Shown here: positions 38,701 through 51,319 of the stretch, one piece after another | How positions within the stretch are numbered: the first letter of the stretch is position 1 | Layout of the letters: every line of letters starts with the position of its first letter | Origin: Octopus sinensis | Taxonomy: Eukaryota | Assembly (NCBI RefSeq): GCF_006345805.1 | Contig: NC_042997.1 | Coordinates: forward strand, 194,928,001-194,992,000 | DNA length: 64,000 nucleotides | Reading direction: 5' to 3' | Translations under genes and position numbers: made by a program | Notes under the pieces: generated by a model | The model's database searches: none | The model's input: only the letters and a program-made list of their open reading frames with translations | What the model was told of the DNA's origin: nothing

Positions 38701-41700
38701 GACACTTTATTTCATGTTGCTCCAGTTCACTCAGCTTTAGAAATGAGTTGCGACGTCACAGGTGCCAAGCTGTATCGGCCCCTTTGCCTTTCCCTTGGAT
38801 AACACTGGTGGCGTGGAGAGGAGAGGCCAGTATGCATGGGCGACTGCTGGTCTTCCATAAACAACCTTGCCCAGACTTGTGCCTGGGAGGGTAACATTGT
38901 AGGTGCATTGTAGGGGGTCTCAGCTCAGCATTGTAAAAAAAACCCCAGATAACATGGTCCTAAGGAAAAAATGGAATGGTTATTGACCTTCGGTCATAGA
39001 TCTGTTTGATCAAGGCTGACCTGAGGCTAAACAGCAATGACCCCAACTTATAGTTATTGTTTTTTATAAGTTGAAGCATTACAAATTTCACTTTCAAATC
39101 ACACTGCGTAGCACTATTTCTCTATCTTACAATGTGTTCCTAGAAGAATTACTAGTACTTTATTTCATCCTTTTGTAAATGCCACCTGACTGGCTCCCAT
39201 GCCTGTGGCACGCAAAAAGCGCCATTCAAGCGTGGCCGATGCCAGTACCACCTGACTGGCCCTCATACTGGTGGCACGTAAAAAGCACCCACTACATACA
39301 GAGTGGTTGGTGTTAGGAAGGGCATCCAGCTGTGGAAACATTGCTAGATCAGATTGGAGCCTGGTGCAGCCTTCTGGCTCGCAAGCCCTCAGTCAAACCA
39401 TCCAACCCATGACAGCATGGAAAGCGGACGTTGAACGAGGAGGAGGAGGAGCTAAATTGATTTTGTAGAATTTGAATGATGGAATCATCATGCACAGAAC
39501 TGTAAGATATCTCTTCTGAGATATTCTTATATTCTTGCTTAGAATTCAGCCACTTCATTGTGATTCTGCTGAACCATTAAATACTGATGTATCATCATCA
39601 TTGTTTAACATCTGCTTTCCATGCTAGCATGGGTTGGATGATTTTGACTGAGGGCTGGCGAACCAGATGGCTGCACCAGGCTCCAATCTTGATCTTGCTG
39701 AGTTTCTACAGCTGGATGCCCTTCCTAACACCAACCACTCCAAGAGTGTAGTGGGTGCTTTTTACGTGCCACCGGCACGGGGTTCAGTCAAGCGGCACTG
39801 GCAACGATCTCACTCGAATCTTTTTACACGTGTCACCGGCACAGGTGCCAGTGAAGCGACGTTGGTAACGAGCACGCTCGAATGGTGCCTTTTACGTGCC
39901 ACGGGTATGGAAGCCAGTTGGCTGCTCTGGCAACGATCACGCTCGGATGGTGCTCTTGGCACCCTACTAGCACAGGCATAAGTGCCAGTAAGGCGATGCT
40001 GATATTTTTTTTTAATCTTTTTACTCTCAACAAACATTGGGCATATTTTTAGCCTAATTTTCTAATTGTGGTTTTCTGTTCTATTTTTGTTTCAGAGAAA
40101 ATCTCAGAGATATTATCCAACAAAACTTGCTATTAATCTTGCTGCAGGATTATCTCAGGTTTCTGATAATGCAATCAGACAAGGTTTTATTGTAGTAGAA
40201 ACAAATTATCGGGTCTATGCTTACACAGGTGAGTTACTTTGACTAGTCATTCAGATGAGAAAGTAATGAATGCGGTGGACATACATCATCATCATCATTT
40301 AGTGTCCGCTTTCCATGCTAGCATGGGTTGGACAGTTCAACTGGGGTCTGGGAAGCCAGAAGGCTGCACCAGGCCCAGTCTGATCTGGCAATGTTTCTAC
40401 GGCTGGATGCCCTTCCTAATGCCAACCACTCCATGAGTATAGTGGTTGCTTTTTACGTGCCACCGGCACAGGTGTCAGATGGGGCTGGCAAACGGCCATG
40501 ATCGGATGGTGCTTCTTACGTGCTACCGGCACGGATGCCTGTCAGGGCGGCGCTGGCAACAGCCACGTTCGGATGGTTCGCTTACGTGCCACTGGCACTG
40601 GTATCACAGCTACAATTTCCATTGATGTTGATCGATTTCGATAACGTAATGAGAGCACATAAGGGGAGACCCAATTGTTGGCATGCAATCACCTGGTTAT
40701 GGTTAAATTAATCAATTTATAAATATATAAATCATCAGGCGACACGCTGTGCTTGAGGAGACCTATTGAGTCAAGTAAAGTCAAAATTAAAATCACAATC
40801 AGAATCTTAATCAAATCGAAATCAAAAGGGAAATTGTAGTTGTGACTGATGCCTGTGCCATCTGACTGGCTCCTGTGCTGGTGGCATGCAATAAGCACCA
40901 TTCATGTGTGGGTCGTTGCTAATGCTGCCTGACTGGCTCCCCATGCTGGTGGCACGTAAATAGCACCATCTGAACATACTGGTTTGCCCTTGATATCTCT
41001 CTCTATATAAACGGCAGTTTGTCTGTCTGTGTGTCTGTCAGGTTGTACCCTCACCCTGACCACGGCTTTCAACCGATTCTGATGAAACTTGACACACACA
41101 TAGCCCAATGTCATAATTCAAAACTAACGCAGCGAAAATTTTGAAAAGTTCCCCCAGTTCTTAAAAAAATTGATAAATTCGACATGGGGTCGAGAATCTA
41201 AGCTTTTTATTTGCAACACATTTTCTGTTGTAGTTTTCGCAACTTGCAATCGATTTTCACCAAACTCATGGTGAAGCTTAATATTACCCTAAGAAACTTA
41301 ATTCTGACGTTAGTTTTCCATGCAATACCTTACCATCATAAAAAATCGATAAAATCATGCCATTTTGGGAAATCGCATTCAAATTCAAGATGACATATTT
41401 TCGACAATATCTTTCTCAAATTGGCAGGAATTTTTTAAAAATTCACAGCAAGCATCATGTCTGCTCCAGGGGCTCTTACATACCCAGGCAATGCCGGGCT
41501 ATGCTGCTAGTATATTTATAAATTGATTAATTTAACCTTAACCGGCTGATTGCATGCTAACTACCTGATAAAATCTGATATAAATTTTATCCTTATTTTA
41601 ATATATATATATCATCGTTGTTGTGTCGTTTAACATATATAAAGCTATGGTATATGATTTTTTTTGTGCAAGGGTTCCTTGAGACATGTAATTTATTTTA

Positions 41701-44700
41701 AGGGTTATGCCAAGGTAAAAAGGTTGAGAAACACTGCTCTATTCTAACATTTCTACAGTCTCTCCAATATGTTATATGAAATCCTCTTCTTTTCCAGACT
41801 CACAACTCCAGATTGCTTTATTAGCTTTATTCACAGAAATGATTTACCGGTAAGATATATACTGAACCCTTGGTCTCTGTTTCATATTTAATGCTTTTGT
41901 TACTATATTTCTGTTGAAATACCTGGCCTTTGTTTCAATTAAATTTTGAAAATAATTAAGAATTCAGTAAAATAATTTTGTCATTAGTAAACTGGTATTT
42001 GGAATATAAATTAACATGAATTTTTAATTTAAATCACTTGTATCATAGAACCAGTGGTGGTCTCAGGAAGGTTGGTATTAAGAGGGTTAAGTCAGGGAAC
42101 TCTCAGCTCTTTATTTTGGTCTTATTATATTTCTTGTTGAACTTGTTGATGTTTAGCCTCATGTCAGCCCTGACCCTGCAGGCTATAATCAAAGGTATTC
42201 TACCCATGTGGAGGTGCAGTGGTTAGGGCAGTGGACTCACAGTTGTGGGATTGTGGCTTCGATTCCCAGACCGGGCGTTGTGAGTGTTTATTGAACAAAA
42301 ACACCTAAAAAGCTCCACGAGGCTCCAGCAGGGATTTGTGGCAAACCCTGCTGTACTTTTTCACTACAGCTTTCTCTCACTCTTTCTCCCTGTTTCTGTT
42401 GTACCTGTATTTCAAAGGGCCAGCCTTGTCACACACTGTGTCATGCTGAATCTCCCCTAGAATTACGTTATGGGTACATGTGTCTGTGGAGTGCTCAGCC
42501 ACTTGCATGTTAATTTCACGAGCAGACTGTTCTGTTGATTGGATCAACTGGAACCCTCGTCATCGTAACCGACGGAGTGCCACAACCCAGGACCATATTC
42601 TTCAATATTTCTTTCTATTATATGCACAAGGCCTGAAATTCCGGTGGAGGGGCCTAGTTGATAACACTGAACCCAGTACTCAACCGCTATTTTTTTTATC
42701 AACCTAGAAAGGATGAAAAGGGGTGTAAAATATTAAAGATGATGATGGTGATAACAATGACCATGATGTATAAATTTGTATAATTTTATTCTCTCTCTTT
42801 TTGTACAGGTTTCCAAATATGGTTGTGGGTCAAATTACCAGAGACAGCGTTCGATCAGCATTAAGCTGTGGTATAAGTGCTGATCAGGTCAGATAAACTA
42901 TTTCTTAGCCTTTCTTTTTGATAGAGTTGTTGTTGGGATTATCATGGAATGATGCTTGATTCTTGACTGTTTCACCTGAGACTGTGACCATTGACCTTCT
43001 TTCAATTCAAATTCATTAAAGGCACAAAACTGGGTATTAGTATTTTTGGTCTATAACTGAGGAAGAATTAGGGTCCTTGTGTTTGTCGTATTTAATGCCT
43101 TTTGCATTTAAGGGATAACCAAACACCACGCATCCCAACTTTTGTTAACAGTAAGTTTGTATAACTTGGATTACAGGTAGATTAGTATGAAAACGGTTAA
43201 ATAAGAACTGAATTCAGATTTGTTTGGTAAAGTGAGGGTATGCAAAATGATATTCAGATATTTTGCTAGGAGATTAGCAACTTAAGCTGCTATAAGAGAT
43301 TGATGTAACAGGCTTCATCTTTCAAAGGTTTGCTTTTTAAGGTGCTTACTTTGTAAATATAGGAAGGATTTTTTTAAAAAATCATATTTTATTATTTGCT
43401 CTGACTTATATTTATGTCTAAGGTGATAAAGGTGACAGAGTTAGCATATCGGGCAAAATGCTTAGTAGCATTTCATCTGTCTATGTTCAGAGTTCAAATT
43501 TTGCCTTTCATCCTTTCGGTGGGGGCTGTGTGTCAATAAAATAAGTACCAGTTGAGCACTGGGGTTGATGTTATCAACTTACCACCTCCCCCAAAAATGC
43601 TGGCCTTGCGCCAAAATTTGAAACCATTATTATGTCTATGTCTCATCTGTTTTACTCCACAGATAATCCACTTCTTAAAGAGCCATGCACATGAGAAAAT
43701 GCTAGAAAAGGTAAACAATTAATTAATCACTCTAATTTGATTGATGTATCATTAATTGCATTTATTATTTTATTGTGTTGTGTAAATATTTATATAAACA
43801 ATTGTTGCAGTAATCTTCCTATATATTCAGTTGGAATTATTGCTGTTGTTGTTTTCTCAATATATTGGGTTGTCCGGGAAGTTTGTGCCGATTTATAGTA
43901 GCTTACCTTTCGACTTATTTTAGAACATGGTTGAGTCCATAAAATAGGATTTGACTACACCTCCATTTAGAGCACAGTTTAAGCAATCTTTTCGTGGAAG
44001 AAGGTTTATGTTCCTATAACCTGTGTTAATTATGTAACCCTTTAAAATGGAAGATAAGAAAGTCCATTTTCGGCACTTGATGCTTTGGGAACCAGACAAA
44101 AATTGCTGCAACTCAGCTGGGATATGTTACCCCACCCTCCATATTCACCAGATATTGCTCCTTCGGATTTCCACTTATTCAGGTCTCTGCAGAATAGTCT
44201 TAATGGTAAAAGTTTTAATTCCTTGGATGACATAAAAAGATACCTTGATGAATTCTTTGCCATGAAACCACCTCAATTCTGGGAAGAAGGTATTTTCAAG
44301 TTAAAGGAAAGATGGAGATGCATTGTGCAACAAAATGGTTCATATTTGGTTGATTAAAAATGTAATGGCGAGTATTTATTGACCTTTTTCTTTCCTTTAA
44401 AAATCAGCAGGAACTTTCCGGACAACCCAATATATAAATACTTTCTTGTCTGCCTTTTTTTGCATTTGTTTAATCATGATCATCAACATTATCTAACTTG
44501 TAACAATACTCACCCTCTCCAATCCGCTATATATTCGTCTTTTAGTAACTTGAGGGTATGTCCTGACACCATTCCAATGCCATCTTTTCTTTTTCTTATT
44601 TCTTTATTGCCCACAAGGGGCTAAACATAGAGGGGACAAACAAAGGGATTAAGTCGATTACATCAACCCCAGTGCGTAACTGGTACTTAATTTATCGACC

Positions 44701-47700
44701 CCGAAAGGATGAAAGGCAAAGTCGACCCTGGCAGAATTTGAACTCAGAACGTAGCAGCAGGCGAAATACCGCTAAGCATTTCGCCCAGCATGCTAACATT
44801 TCTGCCACCTCGCCGCCCTCTTTTCTTTTTCTAACTGAAGTAGTCAGGTGTCTCCTCTGCAAGAAGACACCTGTTCTTATCTTTCTATTACAACTTTAAC
44901 CTCTCATCACCTGGTATAAAGCCACTTCCCTCAATACTACACCCACATTCAGTTGAAGAATCTTTTGTGAGCTACTTAGTGACTTATCTGGTGCTGGCAC
45001 CATGTAAAAAAAAACCCAGTACACACTGTAAAGTGGTTGGCATTAGGAAGGGTATCCAACCATAGAAACCATGTCAAAGCAGACATTTGAGCTTGGTGCA
45101 GTACTCTGGTTTACCAACACAGAAAACAGATATTAGATGATGATGCTTTTATGATATAATTTTTTCATTAAATTTTATTAAAAGACTAGGCCTTAGTCTA
45201 TTGTTCCCTTTCTCTTATCCTTTCTGCCTACATTCACACTGTATCATCATCATCCTCATCGTTTAACATCCACTTTCCATGCTAGCATGGGTTGGATGAT
45301 TTGACTGAGGACTGGCGAACCAGATGGCTGCACCAGGCTCCAATCTGATCTGGCAGAGTTTCTACAGCTGGATGCCCTTCCTAACGCCAACCACTCCGAG
45401 AGTGTAGTTGGTTCTTTTATGTGCCACTGGCACGAGGGCCAGTCAGGCAGTACTGGCAACGGCCACACTCAAATGGTGTTTTTTACGTGCCACCTACACA
45501 AGAGCCAGTCCAGCAGCATTGGCAATGACCTTGCTCGAATGTTTTTTCCATGTGCCAGTAAGGTGACACTAGTAACGATCATGCACGAATGGTGCCTTTT
45601 ACGTGCTACCGGCACGGAAGCCAGTTAGCTGCTCTGGCAACGATCACGCTCGGATGTTGCTCTTAATGCTCCACTAGCAAGGATGCCAGTCATCAAATTT
45701 GATTTCGATTTCATGTTGGATAATCCTAGATCCTCCCTTTATCCCTCCCATTTTCTCAACCCTATCACTAATCCCTTCCCTTTCTATTGTTCTCTGCTAT
45801 CTTCCCCTCTTACTTTACCATCCTTGAGTCCTTTGTCTAGAATTATCGCCTACTTTCTCTTGTTTTCCCTCAGTTATAAGGAACCAATTTAGGCTCTTAA
45901 CCTTTGCAAGTTTCAAGGCAATCATCATAAAAACAGCATGTAGTACATTCTGTAAAGTAATTGGTGTTATGAAGGGCATCTTGCTGTGGAAACTGTGCTA
46001 AGGTAAACATTGGTACATGACACAGTCCTCCAGTTCATCAGATCCAGTCAGACCATCCGACCCATGCCAGCACTGAAGATGGATGTTAAATGAGGATGAT
46101 GGTAGTGGTAGTGGCAATGACGATAACTCCTTATCTTGTGAAACCCCCAAATTTTTTCACAGAACCTGTTTTGTCCAGTGAAGGTGCATGGCCTAGTTGT
46201 TAGGATGTTGCACTCATGATCTGGCTATCCTAGGTTCAATTCCTGAACTGAGTGACACATTGCGTTCTTGAGCAAAATATTTCATTTCATGTTGCTCCAG
46301 TCCACTTAGCTGTAAATGGGTAACCCTGCAACAGACTAGTCTTCCGATTGTGGGGTGGGGGGTGGATGGCTTGCCTAGCCAGTGGAGTGGCATCATTCAA
46401 AAGCTGAAATGATGCAAAGTGCATTGTGACCAGTGATGTATAACATCTGATAGTCTGGTTGATCACATGATCATATGATGTATGACTGAAGGATCTCTTC
46501 TTCCATATCTTCTTTCTCTTGATTATCATCTTTAGCTCTTTCCCTGATGTCACTGATCACCTATTTCTTTACTACCCACAAGGGGCTAAACACAGGGGGG
46601 ACAAACAAGGATAGACAAATGGATTAAGTCGATTACATCGACCCCAGTGCGTAACTGGTACTTATTTAATCGACTCCGAAAGGATGAAAGGCAAAATCGA
46701 CCTCGGCGGAATTTGAACTCACAACGTAGTGGCAGACAAAATACTGCTGAGCATTTCGCCCGGCTTGCTAACGTTTCTGCCAGCTCACCGCCTTTTGTTA
46801 CTGATCACCTTTGAGTGGTACATTCTTCAGGAAATTTTATAATTTTCAACCACTTACAATGATATTTCATTTTTGTTGTTGTCAGAGAACTTTATTTTTA
46901 TCTTATATTTTCTTGAATTTTTTGTTTGTTTTAGATGCCAGTTATTCCTCCAACAGTTACTGACCAGATCCGTTTGTGGGAGTTGGAAAGAGACCGGTTT
47001 AAATTTACAGACGGAGTACTCTATAATCAGTTTCTCTCCCAGAGTGACTTTGAACTTCTCCGCGATTATGCTCGGGTATGTCAATATTTTATTTTTCTAA
47101 CTTATAATCACCGTTTAACCCTTTAATGTTCGGATTAAAGGCTTGCCAGTCCTCAGTCAAACTGTCCAACCCATGCCAGCATGGAAAGTGGATATTAAAT
47201 GACGATGATGATTACACTGTCAAATGTAAAGCTTATTTATTCAAATTGGTTTGAATTGATCAACTGTTTGGGAGTGGCACTCCCAAACAGTTGAAGGAAT
47301 CCGGAGTAGAGGTAGACCCAGGAAGACATGGGATGAGGTGGTCAAGCATGATCTTCGAACGTTGGGCCTCACAGGCAATGACGAAAGACCGAGATCTCTG
47401 GAGATATGCTGTGACTGTGAAGACCCGACAAATAATGTGAGTTCATGGCTATTTCCTGCACCAGTTTCACATAGCAGTCCCAGCCCATCCAAAGTATCTT
47501 GGATCACAGGACGGTCTGCTGTGCTTACCTTGGATCGTAGGGTGACCTGCTGTGCTTGAGGAGACCTATTGAGTCAAGTACATCAACATCAAAATCAAAT
47601 GGAAATTATAGTTGTGATAACTGTACCGGTGGCACATAAAAAGCACCATCTGAATGTGGCCGATGCCTGTGCCGCCTTGACTGGCTTCTGTGCTGGTGGC

Positions 47701-49505
47701 ACGTAAAAAGCACCCACTACACTCACGGAGTGGTTGGTGTTAGGAAGGGCATCCAGCTGTAGAAACACTACCAGATCAGACTGGAGCCTGGTGCAGCCTC
47801 CTGGCTTCCCAGACCCCAGTTGAACTGTCCAACCCATGCTAGCATGGAAAACGGACGTTAAACGATGATGATGATGATCATCATGCACTATCTCTTAGCT
47901 TCAAGATTTCAATAACATAATTATGTATTTTTAGAGTGACATTGTAGGGTAGGTGGGAAAGGTTGGATCCGATCAGTTTGAACATAATACTGGTAGAATA
48001 TTTTGGTCAGATATGGCCTGTTTAAATGCTAATGGGTTTGATATCCATTTTCCCCAGTTTACATGAGTTGGATGGTTGACAGGGGCTGAAGAGCCAAAGG
48101 ATTGTGCGCCAGGCTCTAATGTCTGCTTTGGTATGGAGGAGGAATTCCAATTTTAAAATATCCAGCTAACAAAACAGTGAAGTCAGAAATACCGCAAAAT
48201 ATCATCGTCATTGTTTTAACGTCTACTTTTCCATGCCGGCATGGATCAGATAGAATTTATTTAGGTGGACCTTTTCTGTTACCATCTTTTTCTAAGTAAA
48301 GGGGAAACATGGCCAGATATTTTCTGTTGTGTTTGGGGAGAGTCATTTTCTTTTTGTGTCTTATTATGTAACACACTCACCGGTAAAATTTCCACTTTTT
48401 TAAAATTCTTATTGTCCTAAAATTTTCGTTTCGTCTTGCAACCTTTTCAATAGTTTTGACTCTCCCCAGACACAACAGAATATGCTTCAACACATGAACT
48501 CATATAAAGAATCTTGCAATCCAAAAACGAAATATGACCAGACATGTTTTTGTGGAAAATTAGAAAGAAAGGACACTGCTTGTATGATAGTGACACTCAT
48601 CTTCTTCATTTAATGTCTGTTTTCCATGCTGGCATGGGTTGGACAGTTTGACTGAAAACTGGTAAGCCAGGGAGCTGCACCAGGTTCCAATCTGATTTGG
48701 CATGGTTTCTACAATCGGATGCCCTTCCTAACACCAACCACTCCAACATGTAATCTCATGTTAATGCCACACACAGAGGCTTCTTTCAGTTTCCATCTGT
48801 CACATCCACTCACAAGGCTTTGGTTAACCCAGGGCTATAGTAGAAAACACTTGACCAAAGTGCAATGCTGTGGGATTGAATCAAGAACCATATGGTTGGG
48901 CAGCAAGCTTCTTACCACACATCTAGAAATAATTGTTATTTATGTTCTTTTTGATCAACATCAAAAAATCAAATGGAAATTGTAGTTGTGATACCTGTGC
49001 TGGTGGCACATAAAAAGCACCATCCGAATGTGGCTGATGCCAGTGCCGCCTTGACTGGCTTCTGTGCCGGTGGCACGTAAAAAAGCACCAACTGATCATA
49101 GCCGTTGCCATCCTCCCCTGGCCCCTGTGGCACATAAAAAGTACCCACTACACTCACGGAGTGGTTGGTGTTAGGAAGGACATCCAGCTGTAGAAACACT
49201 GCCAGATCAGACTGGAGCCTGGTGCAGCCTCCTTGCTTCCCAGACCCCGGTCGAACCGTCCAACCCATGCTAGCATGGAAAACGGACCTTAAACGATGAT
49301 GATGATAATGATTTTAGATTTGGAAATTTAAAAGATATTTTTTTCTTTTCCTGTTTCTTAAATATTTTGTTTATTTTACCTCAATATCTTGTTGCAGGAC
49401 CTTGGTGTATTAGTCTGGGACAAACCAAGCAAGCGAGTTATGGTTGTGGCTCGCAATGGCCACGACGAAGTGAAACGCTTTTGGAAGAGACAAAAACATT
49501 CATGA
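26869..49505 (+). CDS. GTF2H4: General transcription factor IIH subunit 4 (p52/Tfb2), complete, 14 coding exons, 455 aa
   Basis: Exons 26869-26993, 28237-28341, 30223-30354, 31635-31728, 32564-32649, 34124-34235, 35984-36052, 38322-38405, 40096-40228, 41798-41849, 42809-42887, 43663-43710, 46935-47075, 49398-49505 sum to 1368 nt with consistent phases. p52 motifs present: [68 protein letters not shown]. Confidence 0.97.
28237..28341 (+). CDS. GTF2H4: GTF2H4 exon 2
   Basis: [34 protein letters not shown](E)|gtaagt. Confidence 0.95.
   Translation, partial: GITRTCQTLCNENPFCGTTRTSGCCSTLGGQQTS
29050..29520 (-). mobile_element. CR1-clade LINE 3' fragment
   Basis: [29 protein letters not shown] and downstream [11 protein letters not shown]; related copy at 62605-63255. 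Confidence 0.8.
30223..30354 (+). CDS. GTF2H4: GTF2H4 exon 3
   Basis: [43 protein letters not shown](G)|gtaagt. Confidence 0.95.
31635..31728 (+). CDS. GTF2H4: GTF2H4 exon 4
   Basis: [31 protein letters not shown]|gtaagt. Confidence 0.95.
32564..32649 (+). CDS. GTF2H4: GTF2H4 exon 5
   Basis: [28 protein letters not shown](A)|gtaagt. Confidence 0.93.
34124..34235 (+). CDS. GTF2H4: GTF2H4 exon 6
   Basis: [37 protein letters not shown]|gtgagt. Confidence 0.95.
35984..36052 (+). CDS. GTF2H4: GTF2H4 exon 7
   Basis: [23 protein letters not shown]|gtaatc. Confidence 0.95.
38322..38405 (+). CDS. GTF2H4: GTF2H4 exon 8
   Basis: [28 protein letters not shown]|gtaagt. Confidence 0.95.
40096..40228 (+). 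CDS. GTF2H4: GTF2H4 exon 9
   Basis: [44 protein letters not shown](D)|gtgagt. Confidence 0.95.
40996..41510 (+). mobile_element. Non-autonomous Helitron (ends shared with 16324-16704)
   Basis: A|TCTCTCTCTATATAAA start; CCCAGGCAATGCCGGG hairpin, then ATGCTGCTAG|T. Confidence 0.8.
41798..41849 (+). CDS. GTF2H4: GTF2H4 exon 10
   Basis: [16 protein letters not shown](R)|gtaaga. Confidence 0.94.
42809..42887 (+). CDS. GTF2H4: GTF2H4 exon 11
   Basis: [26 protein letters not shown]|gtcaga. Confidence 0.94.
43663..43710 (+). CDS. GTF2H4: GTF2H4 exon 12
   Basis: [16 protein letters not shown]|gtaaac. Confidence 0.93.
43865..44430 (+). mobile_element. Internally deleted mariner (DD34D) element, 566 bp, copy 1 (GTF2H4 intron 12)
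   Basis: TA TSD; ~30-bp TIR TTGGGTTGTCCG..; N-terminal [15 protein letters not shown] fused out of frame to C-terminal [34 protein letters not shown]. Confidence 0.93.
46935..47075 (+). CDS. GTF2H4: GTF2H4 exon 13
   Basis: [47 protein letters not shown]|gtatgt. Confidence 0.96.
49398..49505 (+). CDS. GTF2H4: GTF2H4 exon 14 (terminal, TGA)
   Basis: [35 protein letters not shown]. Confidence 0.96.
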   Translation, partial: DLGVLVWDKPSKRVMVVARNGHDEVKRFWKRQKHS

Positions 49506-51098
49506 AGGATTCCTTAGATGATTTTTTTTTGTTAAAATTCTGAATGAGAGACTTGAAGAAATCCCAGCAAGCCACTGACATCAGTTAAATCAATTGTTAA
49601 GGGGTCATCCAATAAGATTCAGCAAGTGAATGTTAAAAAACATATCACTAAGTTCTGTAGTATATTGTGTTGAAAGCTGGTTGTTACCCTTTACAAGGTT
49701 TGGCTGTTGAGGTTGGGGTTTGTCAATAGCATCAGTGCTAAAGATTATGCAAAGTTATATGCAACTGTGAAGATCTCTTGGACATAAGTCACTATATTTT
49801 TGTTAAATTTATCCAAGTAAAACAAAGAAGTTTTCAGGGGAAAAAAAAAATTCTGGTTTCTACCTCTTAAATTTAAAATAAATATTTTATACTACTTTTT
49901 GCTATGTTTTTTTGTTACATTTCTTGTTTGGTAATGTTGGAGGGAGTTTAATATTGTCCATCATTTTTAGACAAACTCTTATTTCTTTATTGCCCACAAG
50001 GGGACAAACAAACGGATTAAGTCGATTACATCGACCCCAGTGCACAACTGGTATTGAATTTATCGATCCTGGAAGGATGAAAGGCAAAGTCGACCTCGGC
50101 GGAATTCGAACTCAGAACGTAATGGCAGACGAAATACCTATTTCTTTACTACCAACAAGGGGCTAAACAGAGAGGACAAATAAGGACAGACAAACGGATT
50201 AAGTCGATTATATCGACCCCAGTGCGTAACTGGTACTTATTTAATCGACCCCGAAAGGATGAAAGGCAAAGTCGACCTCAGCGGAATTTGAACTCAGAAT
50301 GTAGTGGCAGACGAGATACCACAAAGCATTTTGCCTGGCATGCTAACAATTCTACCAGCTCGCAGCCTGTCACTCTCTAACCTTTCATCATATGGCACAA
50401 GATCACCTCCAATGCTCCCTCTCCTCTCAAAGGATTTTTGTCTTGCAAGTTACTTGGTGACCATGCCGGTGCTGGTGTCACATAAAAAGCATCCAGTCCA
50501 CACTGTAAAGTGATTGGCATTTGGAAGGGTATCCAGCTGTAAAAACCTTGCCAAGACTAACCTCGCCTCTACTTGTGCCATATAAAAAGCACTCAGTCCA
50601 CTCTGTAGAGTGGTTGGTGTTAGGAAGGGCATCCAGCTGTAGAAACACTGCCAGATCAGATTGGAGCCTGGTGAGGCCGCCTGGCTTGCCAGTCCCCAGT
50701 CAAACCGTCCAACCCATGCCAGCATGGAAAACGGATATTAAACGATAATGATGATCGTTTTCAATTAATCATACATTGCCTTGTAACTATGAGATTTCAA
50801 TTATATGATTGTTTATTGTTAGAATGGCATTGTAGGGTAGGTGTGAAAGACCGGATGTGGCTGGTTTGAACATAAAACAGGTAGAATATATGGGCCAGTT
50901 ATAATCAGTTTAAATGCTAAAGGGTTAACATAAACTCCTTTGCTATAAACAAATAGGTCAGGTCATCAGTCTAAGGTTAATTTCCTTCTTGCTTCCCCAT
51001 TGACTCTCAGAGGGTTCTGAAGAGTCATGGCTGCTGTCCCCTTTCTCCTCTCAGTGAATCATGAAAAAATATAAAATTACAGGTCACACACCATTTAA

Positions 51099-51319
51099 CC
51101 CTTTTATTACCAACCTGGCTGAAACCGGCTCTGGCTCTGAGTACAAATGTCTTGTTTTCATAAGTTTGGAATTAAATTCTTCCAGCAAACCTTAGTCACA
51201 ATTTATGTTCCTAACTCTAGCTGAATGATAACTAAGTTATTTTTTCTAAATTCTTTGTTATATTTAAAGTGATTGAAAGAAACACAGAGCATCTCAAAAT
51301 AAATACAGTAACGAAAGGG
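51099..51319. mobile_element. piggyBac-like MITE, 221 bp
   Basis: TTAA|CCCTTTTATTAC ... GTAACGAAAGGG|TTAA. Confidence 0.8.

Noticed and set aside
44085-44357. SETMAR-like domesticated transposase exon
   Set aside because: Bounded by TIRs and a TA TSD, duplicated elsewhere, and not needed by the GTF2H4 reading frame.
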